From Spirochaetia bacterium (GTDB lineage: Bacteria; Spirochaetota; Spirochaetia; CADAEX01): a DNA stretch of 64,000 bases. Position 1 is the first letter of the stretch, and every line of letters starts with the position of its first letter. Below are positions 9,264-20,171 of this stretch, piece by piece. A program made the translations under genes and the position numbers. The notes beneath the pieces were generated by a model. That model had not been told where the DNA came from. It did not search any database and saw only the letters and a list, made by a program, of their open reading frames with translations. Location of the stretch: positions 1-64,000 of the forward strand of contig CAXXHA010000036.1 of assembly GCA_963662265.2 (NCBI GenBank), in the 5' to 3' direction.

Positions 9264-9795
9264 TTTTCCTCATAGTGTGCATTTTTGTGTAATAGATTGT
9301 GATGAATATAAGGCCGAGAAATATGAAAAGAACCGGCCACCATCTTGTTACGAAGCTGATGAATTTAATTGTCAGCAGCTTCAGTGTGAACGGGAGAAAA
9401 AACAATGACATGATAATAATTGCACCTGCTGGAACAATTATTCTGATTCTCAGTTTTCTGTTTTTTCTTATTCCGTATGGGATCATGGAGAGGCCTGTAA
9501 TAAGCATGAAAATCGGCCATATTTTTTCAATTTCGTTTTCAGGAAGTACTGTGTTGCAGAGCAGCAGGTAAATTCCAAGAAGAGTCAGAAATGTTCCCGG
9601 AATTGTATGCCTCTCAGAACCGTTTCTGGCAACAGCTTTGTAGAGAAAGCCCAGTCCCGGGAGTATCAGGAAAAGCGGCCAGAGCAGCTCTGCATAAGTT
9701 AAACCTGCAGATGTCCACAGCAGGAGAAGTATTCCTCCAAGTACAAATAGAGTTCCAATTATGAGAAGTCTGCCTGGAAGTTCCTTTTCTTTCAT
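9253..9795 (-). CDS. Membrane protein with WP repeats (LiaF/DUF5668-like)
   Basis: Six hydrophobic segments; three WPxxLIxxG repeats. Confidence 0.7.
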   Translation of the reverse strand: MKEKELPGRLLIIGTLFVLGGILLLLWTSAGLTYAELLWPLFLILPGLGFLYKAVARNGSERHTIPGTFLTLLGIYLLLCNTVLPENEIEKIWPIFMLITGLSMIPYGIRKNRKLRIRIIVPAGAIIIMSLFFLPFTLKLLTIKFISFVTRWWPVLFIFLGLIFITIYYTKMHTMRKNGK

Positions 9796-9934
9796 AAATC
9801 TCTCTCAGCTATTTTTATTGTTTTTAACGCAGTATGTAAAATACTGCGTTAAAATTAATTTACCCGGATTTTGCTGCATGAATGATAACAGTTTGGAACT
9901 GAAAAATCAGGCAGGTTCCTGACCCGGGTTGTAA

Positions 9935-11149
9935 TTACATTTTTCTGATTATGCAGTTTCCGAATTCGCTTGTAGAAACTTTTTCAGCACCTTCCATCAG
10001 TCTTGCAAAGTCATATGTTACTTTCTTGTCTTTGATTGCTTCAACAATACCCTTGTCTATGAGGGCAGCAGCTTCCTTCCAGCCAAGATATTCAAGCATC
10101 ATCTGTCCTGAAAGGATGAGTGAGCCGGGATTAACCATGTTCTTGCCTGCGTATTTTGGAGCAGTACCGTGAGTTGCTTCAAAAATACCGATTCCGTTTA
10201 TGAAGTTTATATTTGCTCCCGGAGCGATTCCGATTCCCCCTACCTGGGCAGCAAGGGCATCCGAGATATAGTCACCGTTGAGGTTCATTGTTGCAATTAC
10301 ATCGTATTCAGCAGGACGGGTAAGTATCTGCTGAAGGAATGCGTCCGCAATTGAGTCTTTTATGAGGATTTTTCCTTCAGGAACATCTCCCCCGCATTCA
10401 TCCCATGAAACCAGTTTGTCACCGTATTCTCTTTTCGCGAGTTCATAGCCCCATTCCCTGAATGCGCCTTCTGTATATTTCATGATGTTGCCTTTGTGTA
10501 CAAGGGTAACGCTTTTTCTGTTGTTTTCAATTGCAAATTCAATTGCTGCCCTGATAAGCCTTTCAGAGCCTTTTTTACTGATAGGTTTTATTCCCAGGCC
10601 TGAACCTTCCGGTACATGCCAGCCGAATTCAGTTTTAAGGAAAGATGCAAGTTTTTCTGTTTTGTCTTCGCCTGATCTTGTTTCAAATCCCGCGTAAACA
10701 TCTTCTGTATTTTCCCTGAATACAACCATATCAATCAACTGAGGGTTTTTTACAGGTGAAGGAATTCCTGGAAAGTATTTTACCGGTCTCTGGCAGACAT
10801 AAAGATCAAGAGTCTGTCTCAGTGTTACGTTGAGGCTTCTGAAACCGCCTCCCACAGGTGTTGTAAGGGGGCCTTTTATTCCGACATGGTAGTCGATAAA
10901 TGCCTGGAGTGTATCCTTTGGAAGCCATTCCCCGGTTTTGTTATATGCTTTTTCCCCTGCAAGAACTTCAAGCCATTCTATTTTTTTAGAACCGTTGTAT
11001 GCTTTTTCAACAGCAGCATCAATTACCGCCTGTGTTGCTTTCCAGATATCTGGACCTGTTCCGTCACCTTCGATAAAAGGTATTACAGGTGTATCCGGTA
11101 CAATAAGTTTATTATCTTTAGTCGTTATTTTTTTCCCTTTGTTATCCAT
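9935..11149 (-). CDS. icd: NADP-dependent isocitrate dehydrogenase (dimeric type)
   Basis: [57 protein letters not shown]. Confidence 0.97.
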   Translation of the reverse strand: MDNKGKKITTKDNKLIVPDTPVIPFIEGDGTGPDIWKATQAVIDAAVEKAYNGSKKIEWLEVLAGEKAYNKTGEWLPKDTLQAFIDYHVGIKGPLTTPVGGGFRSLNVTLRQTLDLYVCQRPVKYFPGIPSPVKNPQLIDMVVFRENTEDVYAGFETRSGEDKTEKLASFLKTEFGWHVPEGSGLGIKPISKKGSERLIRAAIEFAIENNRKSVTLVHKGNIMKYTEGAFREWGYELAKREYGDKLVSWDECGGDVPEGKILIKDSIADAFLQQILTRPAEYDVIATMNLNGDYISDALAAQVGGIGIAPGANINFINGIGIFEATHGTAPKYAGKNMVNPGSLILSGQMMLEYLGWKEAAALIDKGIVEAIKDKKVTYDFARLMEGAEKVSTSEFGNCIIRKM

Positions 11150-11241
11150 AAAAATCTCTCCTTGAATTTCCAGAATCTTAACAAATCAAAGGCTTCTTGC
11201 CAACTGTAATCCGGTGTGATATACTTGCGGCAATTTCCGAT

Positions 11242-12330
11242 ATGATAAAAAAACTGATTAATACTAAAAATATATTAATATCACTTTCTGTTATTATAGC
11301 ACTATTCTGCGTAATAGGCTGTGAAAGTCATAAGCATTATTTTTCTCTCAACAGGGATGATTCCAGGGAATTCAGCAATCTTCATGATACTCTGGAAAAC
11401 GAGACTGTTTTTGAGAAGAAATTCATCATCATGAGGCAGATCCTCAGTCTGATTGACGGGAAAATCTCAAGTGAAGAATTGAATCTGTTCCTTACAACAT
11501 ATGTGGAACAGAATCCTGATGATCCATTCAACGGATACTATCTTATGATTGTTGCGAGAAATTACCGTGATGAGATGGCATATCCCTTTGCAGTTCATTA
11601 CTATGAGCGTATCCTTAAAAACTACCAGGACCTTCTCGTGAAAGAGCAGTCTGTCCATTACCTGTGTCTTAAAGACCTCATCAACCTTGTTGAGGACCCT
11701 GAAGTACGTATTGTTTACTACAAAGACCTCATTGCCCGTTTCAGCGATGAGATAAATATAGGTGAAACATACTATTACCTTGGCAATACATATGCAGATA
11801 CAGGCGAATGGGAGCAGGCGATACAGGCTTATGTCAAATTTCTCGATTATCCCGATGTTTCAATACCGGGAGATTCTTTTGCGCGTGAAAGAATAGGTGA
11901 GCTTATTGCATTTTATAATACAGATAAGAACTGGACAGTTGAGACTCTGGATAAACTTGTCGAAAATATGAAAAGCGCTATTTACACGGCGAAATACAGA
12001 AGAGATGGTAAATACCTGAAGAAATATATGGCAAAGGTTAATTTCTTTGCTGTATCATGGGAGGAGCAGCAGAGTTCTTCCGATCCGGATTTTACTGAAA
12101 GTATTGGAAGTTTCCTGACACCCAAGATTCGTGTCAGCAAAGAACTTGATAAGGCTTCCAATTCACAGGAAGCATATCTCAAGACCACAGGCTGGTCCTA
12201 CAGGATAAGTACCTGGTACCTGTATTTCCGGAAGATTGATTTTCCTGCTGATTCTGAAATTCACGGCAGCTGGGAATGGGCCGGTATATATTTTGGAGAT
12301 AAGACATTTGCAGATTCTGATGAAGCCTGA
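11242..12330 (+). CDS. TPR-containing lipoprotein
   Basis: Lipobox-like VIGC; TPR motif YYYLGNTY...WEQAIQAY; promoter-like TTGCCA-17-TATACT upstream; likely start 11242. Confidence 0.75.
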   Translation: MIKKLINTKNILISLSVIIALFCVIGCESHKHYFSLNRDDSREFSNLHDTLENETVFEKKFIIMRQILSLIDGKISSEELNLFLTTYVEQNPDDPFNGYYLMIVARNYRDEMAYPFAVHYYERILKNYQDLLVKEQSVHYLCLKDLINLVEDPEVRIVYYKDLIARFSDEINIGETYYYLGNTYADTGEWEQAIQAYVKFLDYPDVSIPGDSFARERIGELIAFYNTDKNWTVETLDKLVENMKSAIYTAKYRRDGKYLKKYMAKVNFFAVSWEEQQSSSDPDFTESIGSFLTPKIRVSKELDKASNSQEAYLKTTGWSYRISTWYLYFRKIDFPADSEIHGSWEWAGIYFGDKTFADSDEA

Positions 12331-13681
12331 CAGGGCATGTAGAATTATATTCCTGATACTGCTGTTTTCTTCGGCTGTAATTAATGTTTCAGCCGGAAGC
12401 CTCCCTTTCCCTTCTGATATTAATAAAAAAACCGAAGATTTCTATTTCAATACAAATTCTGATAATGAAATATCCCGTATTGAACCTCTTCAGACCCATG
12501 CCGGTGAAATTGTCATGAGTTTCAACCCTGATGAGAAGTATCTCTATAATTATTATCTTGCAAAATACAGAAGGCCTGAATGGATTATGTGGCTCAAGAC
12601 AGTCACTCATCGGGCTTCATGGTATATAGATTTTATTGAAAAGGAGCTTGATGAGCATTCAATGCCTCCGGAACTTCTTTTTCTTCCGGTAACAGAATCC
12701 GCTTTCAAGTCATATGCAGTATCAGTTTCCAGGGCGGCAGGGCTCTGGCAGTTTATGACAAACAGTATTTCTCCCTATGATATGAAAGTAAATGAATGGT
12801 TTGATGAGAGACGAGATTTCTGGAAAGCTACCGAAGGGGCAGTCGCCAAGCTTAAATACAATCATTCTGTTCTCGGCGACTGGCTTCTTGCGATTGCCGC
12901 ATACAACTGCGGACTCGGAAGGATGCAGAGGACAATTAAAGCGTCAGGAATAAATGATTACTGGGAGCTTGCAGAGAGGGGACTTCTTCCCAGGGAGACA
13001 ACCCATTATATTCCCCGGTTTCTTGCGATAAGCAGAATTATGATGCACAGCGGCAGGGAAATGGTTTCTGACAGCTGGAATGAACCTGTGAGATGGGAAA
13101 GGATCAGGCTTGAGGAATCTGTAAGTGTCTCAAGACTTGCAAAAAAAGCTTCCATCCCTTCGGAAGTCATAAAAAAAGCCAATCCTGAACTGAATTTCGA
13201 TATAACCCCTCCCGGAAAATACAGATACCACCTGAAAGTTCCTGAAGGGAAAGCTGATGATATTACAAAAGCTCTTTCTGACAGCAGAAATTCACTCATG
13301 AGGTTTTATCTGTATAAAATAAAGAAAGGCGACACGCTTTATGATCTTTCTCTCCATTACGGAGTGTCAGTTTCAATGATAAGAAGCTATAACAGTTCTC
13401 TTAATCCGTCCCGGCTCATGGTAAATCAGAAAATACTTATACCTGCTGTTAAAAAAGTAGGTTATTATAAAGGTAAGAGAACCGCACCGGTTAAAAAACC
13501 AGAACTGGACAATGTATCTTCATATATTGCCTCATATACTGTTAAAACCGGTGATACTTTATGGGATATTGCAAGACGGCACGGTACAGATCCCTATAAT
13601 GTTGCGTATCACAATAATATTGATATGAACAGTGTTCTGTCGATAGGGATGACTCTTAAAGTACCTGCGCCGGTTAACTGA
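12320..13681 (+). CDS. mltD: MltD-like lytic transglycosylase with LysM domains
   Basis: ESAF, AAGLWQF, AAYNCG and ET..Y SLT motifs; two LysM repeats (YKIKKGDTL, YTVKTGDTLWDIA); likely start ATG 12320. Confidence 0.88.
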   Translation: MKPDRACRIIFLILLFSSAVINVSAGSLPFPSDINKKTEDFYFNTNSDNEISRIEPLQTHAGEIVMSFNPDEKYLYNYYLAKYRRPEWIMWLKTVTHRASWYIDFIEKELDEHSMPPELLFLPVTESAFKSYAVSVSRAAGLWQFMTNSISPYDMKVNEWFDERRDFWKATEGAVAKLKYNHSVLGDWLLAIAAYNCGLGRMQRTIKASGINDYWELAERGLLPRETTHYIPRFLAISRIMMHSGREMVSDSWNEPVRWERIRLEESVSVSRLAKKASIPSEVIKKANPELNFDITPPGKYRYHLKVPEGKADDITKALSDSRNSLMRFYLYKIKKGDTLYDLSLHYGVSVSMIRSYNSSLNPSRLMVNQKILIPAVKKVGYYKGKRTAPVKKPELDNVSSYIASYTVKTGDTLWDIARRHGTDPYNVAYHNNIDMNSVLSIGMTLKVPAPVN

Positions 13682-13695
13682 TAGGGAGATATGTA

Positions 13696-14580
13696 TTGAA
13701 CCCCTTTTATAAAAATATCAGATCTTTTTCCGCTGTAAAAATCATTATATTCCTCATAATTTTTTTCCCGCCATCACTTTATTCAGATCCATCGATTGAC
13801 TATTCCTCTGATATTGACTGGAAGAAGATGGAACTTGAAATATCTGTTGATGTAAAATATCCGCCCGAAAGTGAAAAGCTCAGGATGAGAAACAACAGTG
13901 AAAATCTGTTTGATGAAAAATTTTTTGATATATTTCTTGATTCTGTAACTGAAACTGATTCCGGTAAAATTTATTTTAATTCACGGTTCACAATGGAAGA
14001 CAAAATCCAGAAGAACCCCGTGATTCTCAATAGAATAGAAAAAATCAAGAGCAGCGCTGTGATGGTCTACAATGTATATCATGATGACATGAGCGGCGTG
14101 AAAATGCTTTACAGGATCAATATTCTCAGAGATATTGTCCCCCCCTTCATATCACATAAAAAACCATATCCTGTTTCTGAAAGGTATATCTGGGTCCCGA
14201 ATGAAAAATATACAGGTGTTGTGATTTATGCGAAAGGGAAATTTCCGGTAAGGGGAGAGGTTAAGGAAAGTACTCTGAACCCCTCAATATTCCCCTCTGT
14301 ATATTCAACTGATATGGAGGAGATTGTTTCAGCCGAAATGGTCAGCCCTGATGTGCTTGTGAAATGGGGAACTGCGGCTTTTACAGATATTGATGATGAC
14401 CCTGTGATCACCGAGAGAGCAGGGGACAACCCCCTTTATACAATGGCAGAAGAAATATACGGAAGGAACAGGACAGATGTCATTATTCCTTCCGATGCGG
14501 CCGACCTTCTTTTCTACAAAAAACTCAATCAAGACCTGATCAGGGAAGGCCGGTTTGTGATTATTACAGACCTGCCATAA
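13696..14580 (+). CDS. Hypothetical exported protein with YTGVVIYAKG motif
   Basis: SD GGGAG, signal peptide, C-terminal YTGxxI domain; co-transcribed with mltD. Confidence 0.65.
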   Translation: MNPFYKNIRSFSAVKIIIFLIIFFPPSLYSDPSIDYSSDIDWKKMELEISVDVKYPPESEKLRMRNNSENLFDEKFFDIFLDSVTETDSGKIYFNSRFTMEDKIQKNPVILNRIEKIKSSAVMVYNVYHDDMSGVKMLYRINILRDIVPPFISHKKPYPVSERYIWVPNEKYTGVVIYAKGKFPVRGEVKESTLNPSIFPSVYSTDMEEIVSAEMVSPDVLVKWGTAAFTDIDDDPVITERAGDNPLYTMAEEIYGRNRTDVIIPSDAADLLFYKKLNQDLIREGRFVIITDLP

Positions 14581-15790
14581 TAAGAGCCATTATTACAGCA
14601 TCCCCGGTAAGATTCTCCATTTTGCAGTATTCATTCGGCATATGGGCAGTTTCATCTATTCTTGCCCAGACTGCAGCATCAATACCCGCATTTCTCAGGT
14701 AAGCTGCAACAGTCCCCCCCCCGATACCAATAAGCTGAGGTTCTGTTTTGTAGACTTCCTTTATTTTTTCCTCAAGTTTTTTAACAAGCAGGCATTCTGC
14801 AGGTGTTGCTTTTGATTCTGTTCTCTGAACATGTTCATACCTGACTTTTACTTTATATTTATGCTCTATTTCAGAAATAATTTTGTCTATTTCCGGGTAT
14901 ATCCTGTTCAGTCCTGTCGAAGGCAGTACTCTGCAGTCAAGGTAGAAAACATCCTCTCCAGGCAGTGTGTTTATATTGGGGACATTTGCCTCTTTCTGTG
15001 TCGGGGTAATTGTGGAATAGGGGGGATCAAATATTGGATCATGATCGTTGAGTATTTTTTCTATTTCCGAGAGCCTCACAACCATGTCGGATGCTGCTGT
15101 GAATGCATTGTTTCCCAGGTCAGGACGGGATGCATGGCACTGACGTCCGGTTGTTGTGAATTTCAGCCATGCAATACTCTTTTCCGCTATTTCTATTGTT
15201 TTCCCATCAGGATCCCCGGAATCCGGAACAAGCACAAAATCCTCTTTATTGAAAAGATTGTGGTTTTCAAGAAGATATGTGATCCCATAGTCAGATCCCA
15301 CCTCTTCGTCTGCTACAAAAAGCAGTTTAACTGTATGTTCAGGTATAATATTATTTTTCATCAGTGAGAGAGCTGCAAAAACAGATGATGTGAGGCCCTG
15401 CTGGTTGTCTTCAACACCTCTTCCGTAAAGCTTTCCATCCTTATATTCAACCTTGTAGGGATCAGTTTCCCAGAGTGAAATTTCCCCGGGAGGAACAACA
15501 TCAAGATGAGCCATTATCCAGAAAGTTCTTTCAGATTTCTCACCGGGAATTGTCACTACAATATTCGGCCTTTCCCCGGATGTTACCCTCCTGTCAGGGG
15601 CATTGAAGCATTCGATATTTTCAAAACCCATTGATTTGAGCTGTTTAATCAGGGCTTCTGCTTTTAGAGATTCCCCGTCCCCTTCAGAATCAGGTGAAAT
15701 TGCAGGGAAAGATGTAAGAAGTGTCTGGAATTCAACAATCTCATTTTCCCTTTCCTTTATATAAGATTCAATTATTTCTTTTTTATCCAT
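14564..15790 (-). CDS. M20 family metallohydrolase (DapE/ArgE-like)
   Basis: AHLDVVP, GRGVEDN, DEE, HAS.P, GGGT and C-terminal H.PNE motifs. Confidence 0.9.
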   Translation of the reverse strand: MDKKEIIESYIKERENEIVEFQTLLTSFPAISPDSEGDGESLKAEALIKQLKSMGFENIECFNAPDRRVTSGERPNIVVTIPGEKSERTFWIMAHLDVVPPGEISLWETDPYKVEYKDGKLYGRGVEDNQQGLTSSVFAALSLMKNNIIPEHTVKLLFVADEEVGSDYGITYLLENHNLFNKEDFVLVPDSGDPDGKTIEIAEKSIAWLKFTTTGRQCHASRPDLGNNAFTAASDMVVRLSEIEKILNDHDPIFDPPYSTITPTQKEANVPNINTLPGEDVFYLDCRVLPSTGLNRIYPEIDKIISEIEHKYKVKVRYEHVQRTESKATPAECLLVKKLEEKIKEVYKTEPQLIGIGGGTVAAYLRNAGIDAAVWARIDETAHMPNEYCKMENLTGDAVIMALIMAGL

Positions 15791-16051
15791 TATTAAAACT
15801 CCTTAATTTAGCTTTCGGAAAACTCCATGATTATCAGGTAAAACCTTGTTTCCTTCCGATTTCACTGCTGTCCCGTGGACATTCATTGTAATCTAAGTTT
15901 TCACAGAATCAGGCCAATAACGTAAAGTTTTTGTTTTCCATTTCTGAAAAATACCCGGTGCATAAAAATAGGTTTTTTAAGATGCCCTGTAATCATTGAT
16001 TTATAACTTCTTTTTGTGCAATATTATACACATAATTCCCGGAGGTTTAAA

Positions 16052-17467
16052 TTGAAATCAAGGTTCAAACTGATATTACTGATATTATTTATTGTTATTT
16101 TAGCTGTTTCCTGTTCCGGAAAACGGAAAGGGTATGTTGTTATGCTCTGGCCTCCGGAAGATGTAAAAGCTGAGACAGCTGAAGTTGTCAGAGTTATTTC
16201 ACTTTCAGATATACGTGATGTCTATGTTATAGAGAAAAAAGAAGATAAATACCGGGCAGAAATTCCCAAGTCATCAGGACGTTTTTTCAGGAAGAAAAAA
16301 GAAGCTGAAAATTTTGCCGCTGAATTTGAGGAATTTAAAAATACATTCGGCTATTCGGAGAAGAGTATCCCGGTAAGGGCTGAACCTGATACTTCATCTG
16401 CAAGGGTTTATAAACTCAGGCCCAGCCAGATGATTAAAATCATTGAAAAAGGTGAAAAGGCGGTAGCTGTCGGCAATCTTACAGGATTCTGGTACAGGGT
16501 CCTGACTGATGATGGTTATGAAGGTTACTGCTTTGACAAGTATCTTAAATTCTTCGAAATGGACAGCGAAAACCTTGCCAGAAACAGCGAAAAGGACTGG
16601 CTCAACGATCTTTTCAACAATAAATGGTATCCTGCCAGGTTCAGGGAAATTATTGACAGCGGAAGAATAATTATCAGTCAGATAAAGACAGGCGAGGGAC
16701 TTTTTACAGATCCTGAAAAGAAACAGTTTGTTATCCAGACTGAAGATGACAGAATAGAGTTTTACTACGAGGAAATTACCAGGATAGATGAGAGGAGATA
16801 TTTCTTTGAAGGTACACCTGTTGAGATCAATTTTTATCCCAACAATTCTGTAAATGTTAAATTTGTATATAACGGAATTGATTACAGCAGTTTTTATACA
16901 CTCCTTGATTTATCTATTGATGAATATGTGAATACTGAAATTGCAAGAAGAGATAGTGTTTACAGCGAACTTTATGAAAAGGGCGGGTATCTTTCGAGTG
17001 ATCTTTACGGATCTATTGCACTTAAAGATAACAGGAAATTCATCTGGACAGGGTATGTTAACCTTGTTCCTGATATCATCCCTTTCGGATACGGTATTAC
17101 AGGGCATGTGGAAAATCATTATTATCTCTCAGGCCGCCTTGCCAGAAGCTACAACGGGATACTCAGTTTCGTGTTTGACAGGAATTCCGAAGAGGTTAAT
17201 TTTGTTTACTACATGACTGATGAAGAGGGACTCGAGCTTATATACCTTCCAAAGTCGTTTATTGAAGATGATCTTGTGGATGAGCTTCCGGAAGCCAAGG
17301 AAATCTATTATTTCAGGCAGGGGATGACTCTTGAGGAGAGTCAGGGAATAGAGAAGTTTGATGAAGCTGCAGGAGAGGATGCGGGGATGGATGATGAAAT
17401 TGAAATACAGCCGGTTCTGCCTGGGACTTCCTCATCTGAGACTTCTGGTTCGGGAACGGAGTTTTAA
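16052..17467 (+). CDS. SH3b-domain lipoprotein
   Basis: SD GGAGG before TTG 16052; LAVSC lipobox; VRAEPD...WYRV...GYCF SH3b motif. Confidence 0.75.
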   Translation: MKSRFKLILLILFIVILAVSCSGKRKGYVVMLWPPEDVKAETAEVVRVISLSDIRDVYVIEKKEDKYRAEIPKSSGRFFRKKKEAENFAAEFEEFKNTFGYSEKSIPVRAEPDTSSARVYKLRPSQMIKIIEKGEKAVAVGNLTGFWYRVLTDDGYEGYCFDKYLKFFEMDSENLARNSEKDWLNDLFNNKWYPARFREIIDSGRIIISQIKTGEGLFTDPEKKQFVIQTEDDRIEFYYEEITRIDERRYFFEGTPVEINFYPNNSVNVKFVYNGIDYSSFYTLLDLSIDEYVNTEIARRDSVYSELYEKGGYLSSDLYGSIALKDNRKFIWTGYVNLVPDIIPFGYGITGHVENHYYLSGRLARSYNGILSFVFDRNSEEVNFVYYMTDEEGLELIYLPKSFIEDDLVDELPEAKEIYYFRQGMTLEESQGIEKFDEAAGEDAGMDDEIEIQPVLPGTSSSETSGSGTEF

Positions 17468-19410
17468 TGGCTTTTCTTCATCTTGCAGGCGTTTCAACCG
17501 CTTTCGGCGACAGGGATATTCTTAAAAATATAAATCTCAACATATCAGACAGTTCCAGAATTGCTCTTTCAGGGGCAAACGGCAGCGGGAAATCAACGCT
17601 GCTTAAAATTGCCGCAGGCATAACAAAACCGGATTCAGGTACAGTATCTCAGCAGCGTGGGAGCCGTGTTTCATACCTTCCCCAGTCGGGGCTGACATAT
17701 TCCGGCGCTTCTCTTTACGCGGAAGCTGAAAAAGCGTTTTCAATATTTGATTCAGTACTTGAAAGGATATCAGCGCTTGAAAAAGAGCTTGCTTCTGTGA
17801 CTGATGATTCTGAGAATACACGCAGCAGTATTGAGGAGCACCATCATCTCCAGGAGAAACTCCTTTCAAGCGGATATTATGAGAGGGACAGGGAGATATA
17901 CAAGATTCTTAACGGTCTGGGTTTTTCCGAAAATGATTTAACCCGAATGACTGATGAGTTTTCCGGCGGATGGCAGATGAGGATTGCACTTGCCAGGGTT
18001 CTGCTTGAAAAACCTGATATCCTGTTTCTTGATGAGCCTACAAACTACCTCGATATTGAGGCCAGGTACTGGCTTGAGGATTTTATTTCCAGCTACCCCG
18101 GCGGTGTTGTTATAGTCTCTCATGACCGGTTTTTTCTCGATTCAACAGTAAATGAAATTATTGAGCTGTTTAACGGAGATCTCAAGAAATACAGAGGTAA
18201 TTATTCAGATTATGAAAAACTGCGCTCCCAGGAACTTGAAGAGCTTGTAAAGAGGTACAGGCAGCAGGAAGAGGAAATTGCCAAAGTTGAATACTTTATC
18301 CGCAAATTCCGTTTCAATGCATCAAAAGCATCTCTTGTCCAGAGCAGGGTCAAGTATCTTGAGACAATAGACAGGATTGAAATTCCTGAAAGCCTTAAAA
18401 AAATACATTTTACTTTTCCATCGCCTCCCCATTCAGGTAAAGAGGTCCTCATGATTGATGATCTTTCAAAGTCTTACGGGGAACTTAAAGTTCTTGATAG
18501 AGTAAGCCTTAATATCAGGAAGGGGGAAAAGGTAGTTTTTGCAGGTAAAAACGGCGCAGGAAAGACTACACTTCTGAAAATAGTTTCAGCTCATGATGAT
18601 GATTATGAAGGTGATGTAAGGACAGGAACAGATGTAAGGCGGGGATATTTTTCCCAGGATTTTGAATCAACCCTGTCTGATGAGAACAATGTTCTTGAAG
18701 AGATAGAATCCTCTTCTCCAACAGAAATGATTCCCCAGCTCCGGAACCTTCTTGGGGCTTTTCTCTTCAGGGGGGATGATATATTCAAGAAAGTCTCTGT
18801 TCTTTCAGGGGGGGAGAAAAACAGGGTGGCTCTTCTTAAGCTTCTTCTGAAGCCTGTGAACCTCCTGATTCTTGATGAGCCGACAAACCATCTTGATATC
18901 AATTCAAAGGATATCCTTCTCGAAGCTCTTCAGAGTTATTCAGGAACACTCCTGTTTGTTTCTCATGACAGATATTTCATTGAGAACCTTGCAACCCGGG
19001 TCATAGAGATTTCAGACGGCGGAATCAGGGATTTTCCCGGTGATTATGAATATTACCTGTGGCGAAAGGCTGAAGGTGAAAAAACTGATTCTGCTTCAGG
19101 TGATTCAGAGCAGGGCATACAGATGGAAGAAAAGGTTGTATCTTCTGTTAAACTGGACCGTGAGCAGTCAAAGGCGCTCAAGAGGGAAAGAAAAAAACTG
19201 GAGAAAAAATCAGAACAACTGCTTCATCAGCTTGAAGAACTTGAAACAGAAGCATCAGAACTGGAACATGATATGAGCCAGAGGGAAAATTATTCAGACG
19301 GGGAAAAAATCAGGAAAATCAAGGAAAAACTCGACAGGAATAAGGAAAAGCAGCATGAAATCTCTCTTGAGTGGGAAGAAACCGAAACCGCCCTTTCTGA
19401 ACTGGATTAA
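17467..19410 (+). CDS. ABC-F family ribosome-associated ATPase
   Basis: Two NBDs (GANGSGKST/FSGGWQMR; GKNGAGKTT/LSGGEK), LDEPTN twice, no TM segments, C-terminal coiled coil. Confidence 0.93.
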   Translation: MAFLHLAGVSTAFGDRDILKNINLNISDSSRIALSGANGSGKSTLLKIAAGITKPDSGTVSQQRGSRVSYLPQSGLTYSGASLYAEAEKAFSIFDSVLERISALEKELASVTDDSENTRSSIEEHHHLQEKLLSSGYYERDREIYKILNGLGFSENDLTRMTDEFSGGWQMRIALARVLLEKPDILFLDEPTNYLDIEARYWLEDFISSYPGGVVIVSHDRFFLDSTVNEIIELFNGDLKKYRGNYSDYEKLRSQELEELVKRYRQQEEEIAKVEYFIRKFRFNASKASLVQSRVKYLETIDRIEIPESLKKIHFTFPSPPHSGKEVLMIDDLSKSYGELKVLDRVSLNIRKGEKVVFAGKNGAGKTTLLKIVSAHDDDYEGDVRTGTDVRRGYFSQDFESTLSDENNVLEEIESSSPTEMIPQLRNLLGAFLFRGDDIFKKVSVLSGGEKNRVALLKLLLKPVNLLILDEPTNHLDINSKDILLEALQSYSGTLLFVSHDRYFIENLATRVIEISDGGIRDFPGDYEYYLWRKAEGEKTDSASGDSEQGIQMEEKVVSSVKLDREQSKALKRERKKLEKKSEQLLHQLEELETEASELEHDMSQRENYSDGEKIRKIKEKLDRNKEKQHEISLEWEETETALSELD

Positions 19411-19577
19411 AATTTTCTGCAATTTCAGGCAGGCATATTAAATAATGAAGGTGGGGATTGGACCTTCAGCACTTGAGCGGGATAGATCCTGATATTATTG
19501 CATGCAGCTTAAAATATCCTGCTGAAGCTTTATATAAAAATATTTATTTTCTGAACTGTATTAAAAAAGGGAAAACT

Positions 19578-20171
19578 ATGAAGTTGAAAATCAAGTACAA
19601 TGCACCTGTTACACTCTCTTTTGCTCTGCTTTCCGCTCTTGTTCTGTTTATTGATCCTGTATTCGGCAGGAAGATAACAATGCTGTGGTTTTCTGTTCCC
19701 GGCTGGGGAGCAATGAATTTCTCAGATCCTTTTCAGTATATAAGGCTTTTTACCCATGCGGCAGGCCATGCAAACTGGAATCATCTGGTGAGCAACTTTA
19801 CCTTTATCCTTCTGCTCGGTCCCATACTTGAAGAAAAATACAGAAAATTCCCGTTTCTGATGATGATACTTATTACTGCTGCTGTTACAGGTCTTGTTAA
19901 CCTGTTTCTTTCTCCATATCCGCTTCTCGGAGCCAGCGGTGTTGTATTCATGATGATAATACTTATCTCAATTACAAATATAAAAGAGGGTGAAATACCC
20001 CTCACCTTTATTCTGATTGTTGTGCTGTTTCTCCTCAAGGAATTTGTTTATTCGCCTGAAGACGGCATATCCCAGGCTGCCCACATAGCAGGGGGAATAT
20101 GCGGGAGTTTTTTCGGATTTTTCAGCAGGAAGAATAACGGGAAAGAAAATCTCTCTCCTGATAATGAATAA
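19578..20171 (+). CDS. Rhomboid family intramembrane serine protease
   Basis: HANWNHL..N, GASG catalytic Ser, AHIAGG catalytic His; likely start 19578. Confidence 0.88.
   Translation: MKLKIKYNAPVTLSFALLSALVLFIDPVFGRKITMLWFSVPGWGAMNFSDPFQYIRLFTHAAGHANWNHLVSNFTFILLLGPILEEKYRKFPFLMMILITAAVTGLVNLFLSPYPLLGASGVVFMMIILISITNIKEGEIPLTFILIVVLFLLKEFVYSPEDGISQAAHIAGGICGSFFGFFSRKNNGKENLSPDNE

Noticed and set aside
17467-19410. Antibiotic-resistance ABC-F
   Set aside because: Housekeeping context and generic architecture; nothing specifically supports an ARE subfamily.
19411-19577. Structured RNA upstream of the rhomboid gene
   Set aside because: Imperfect hairpins only (TGAAGGT/ACCTTCA); no recognisable family motif.
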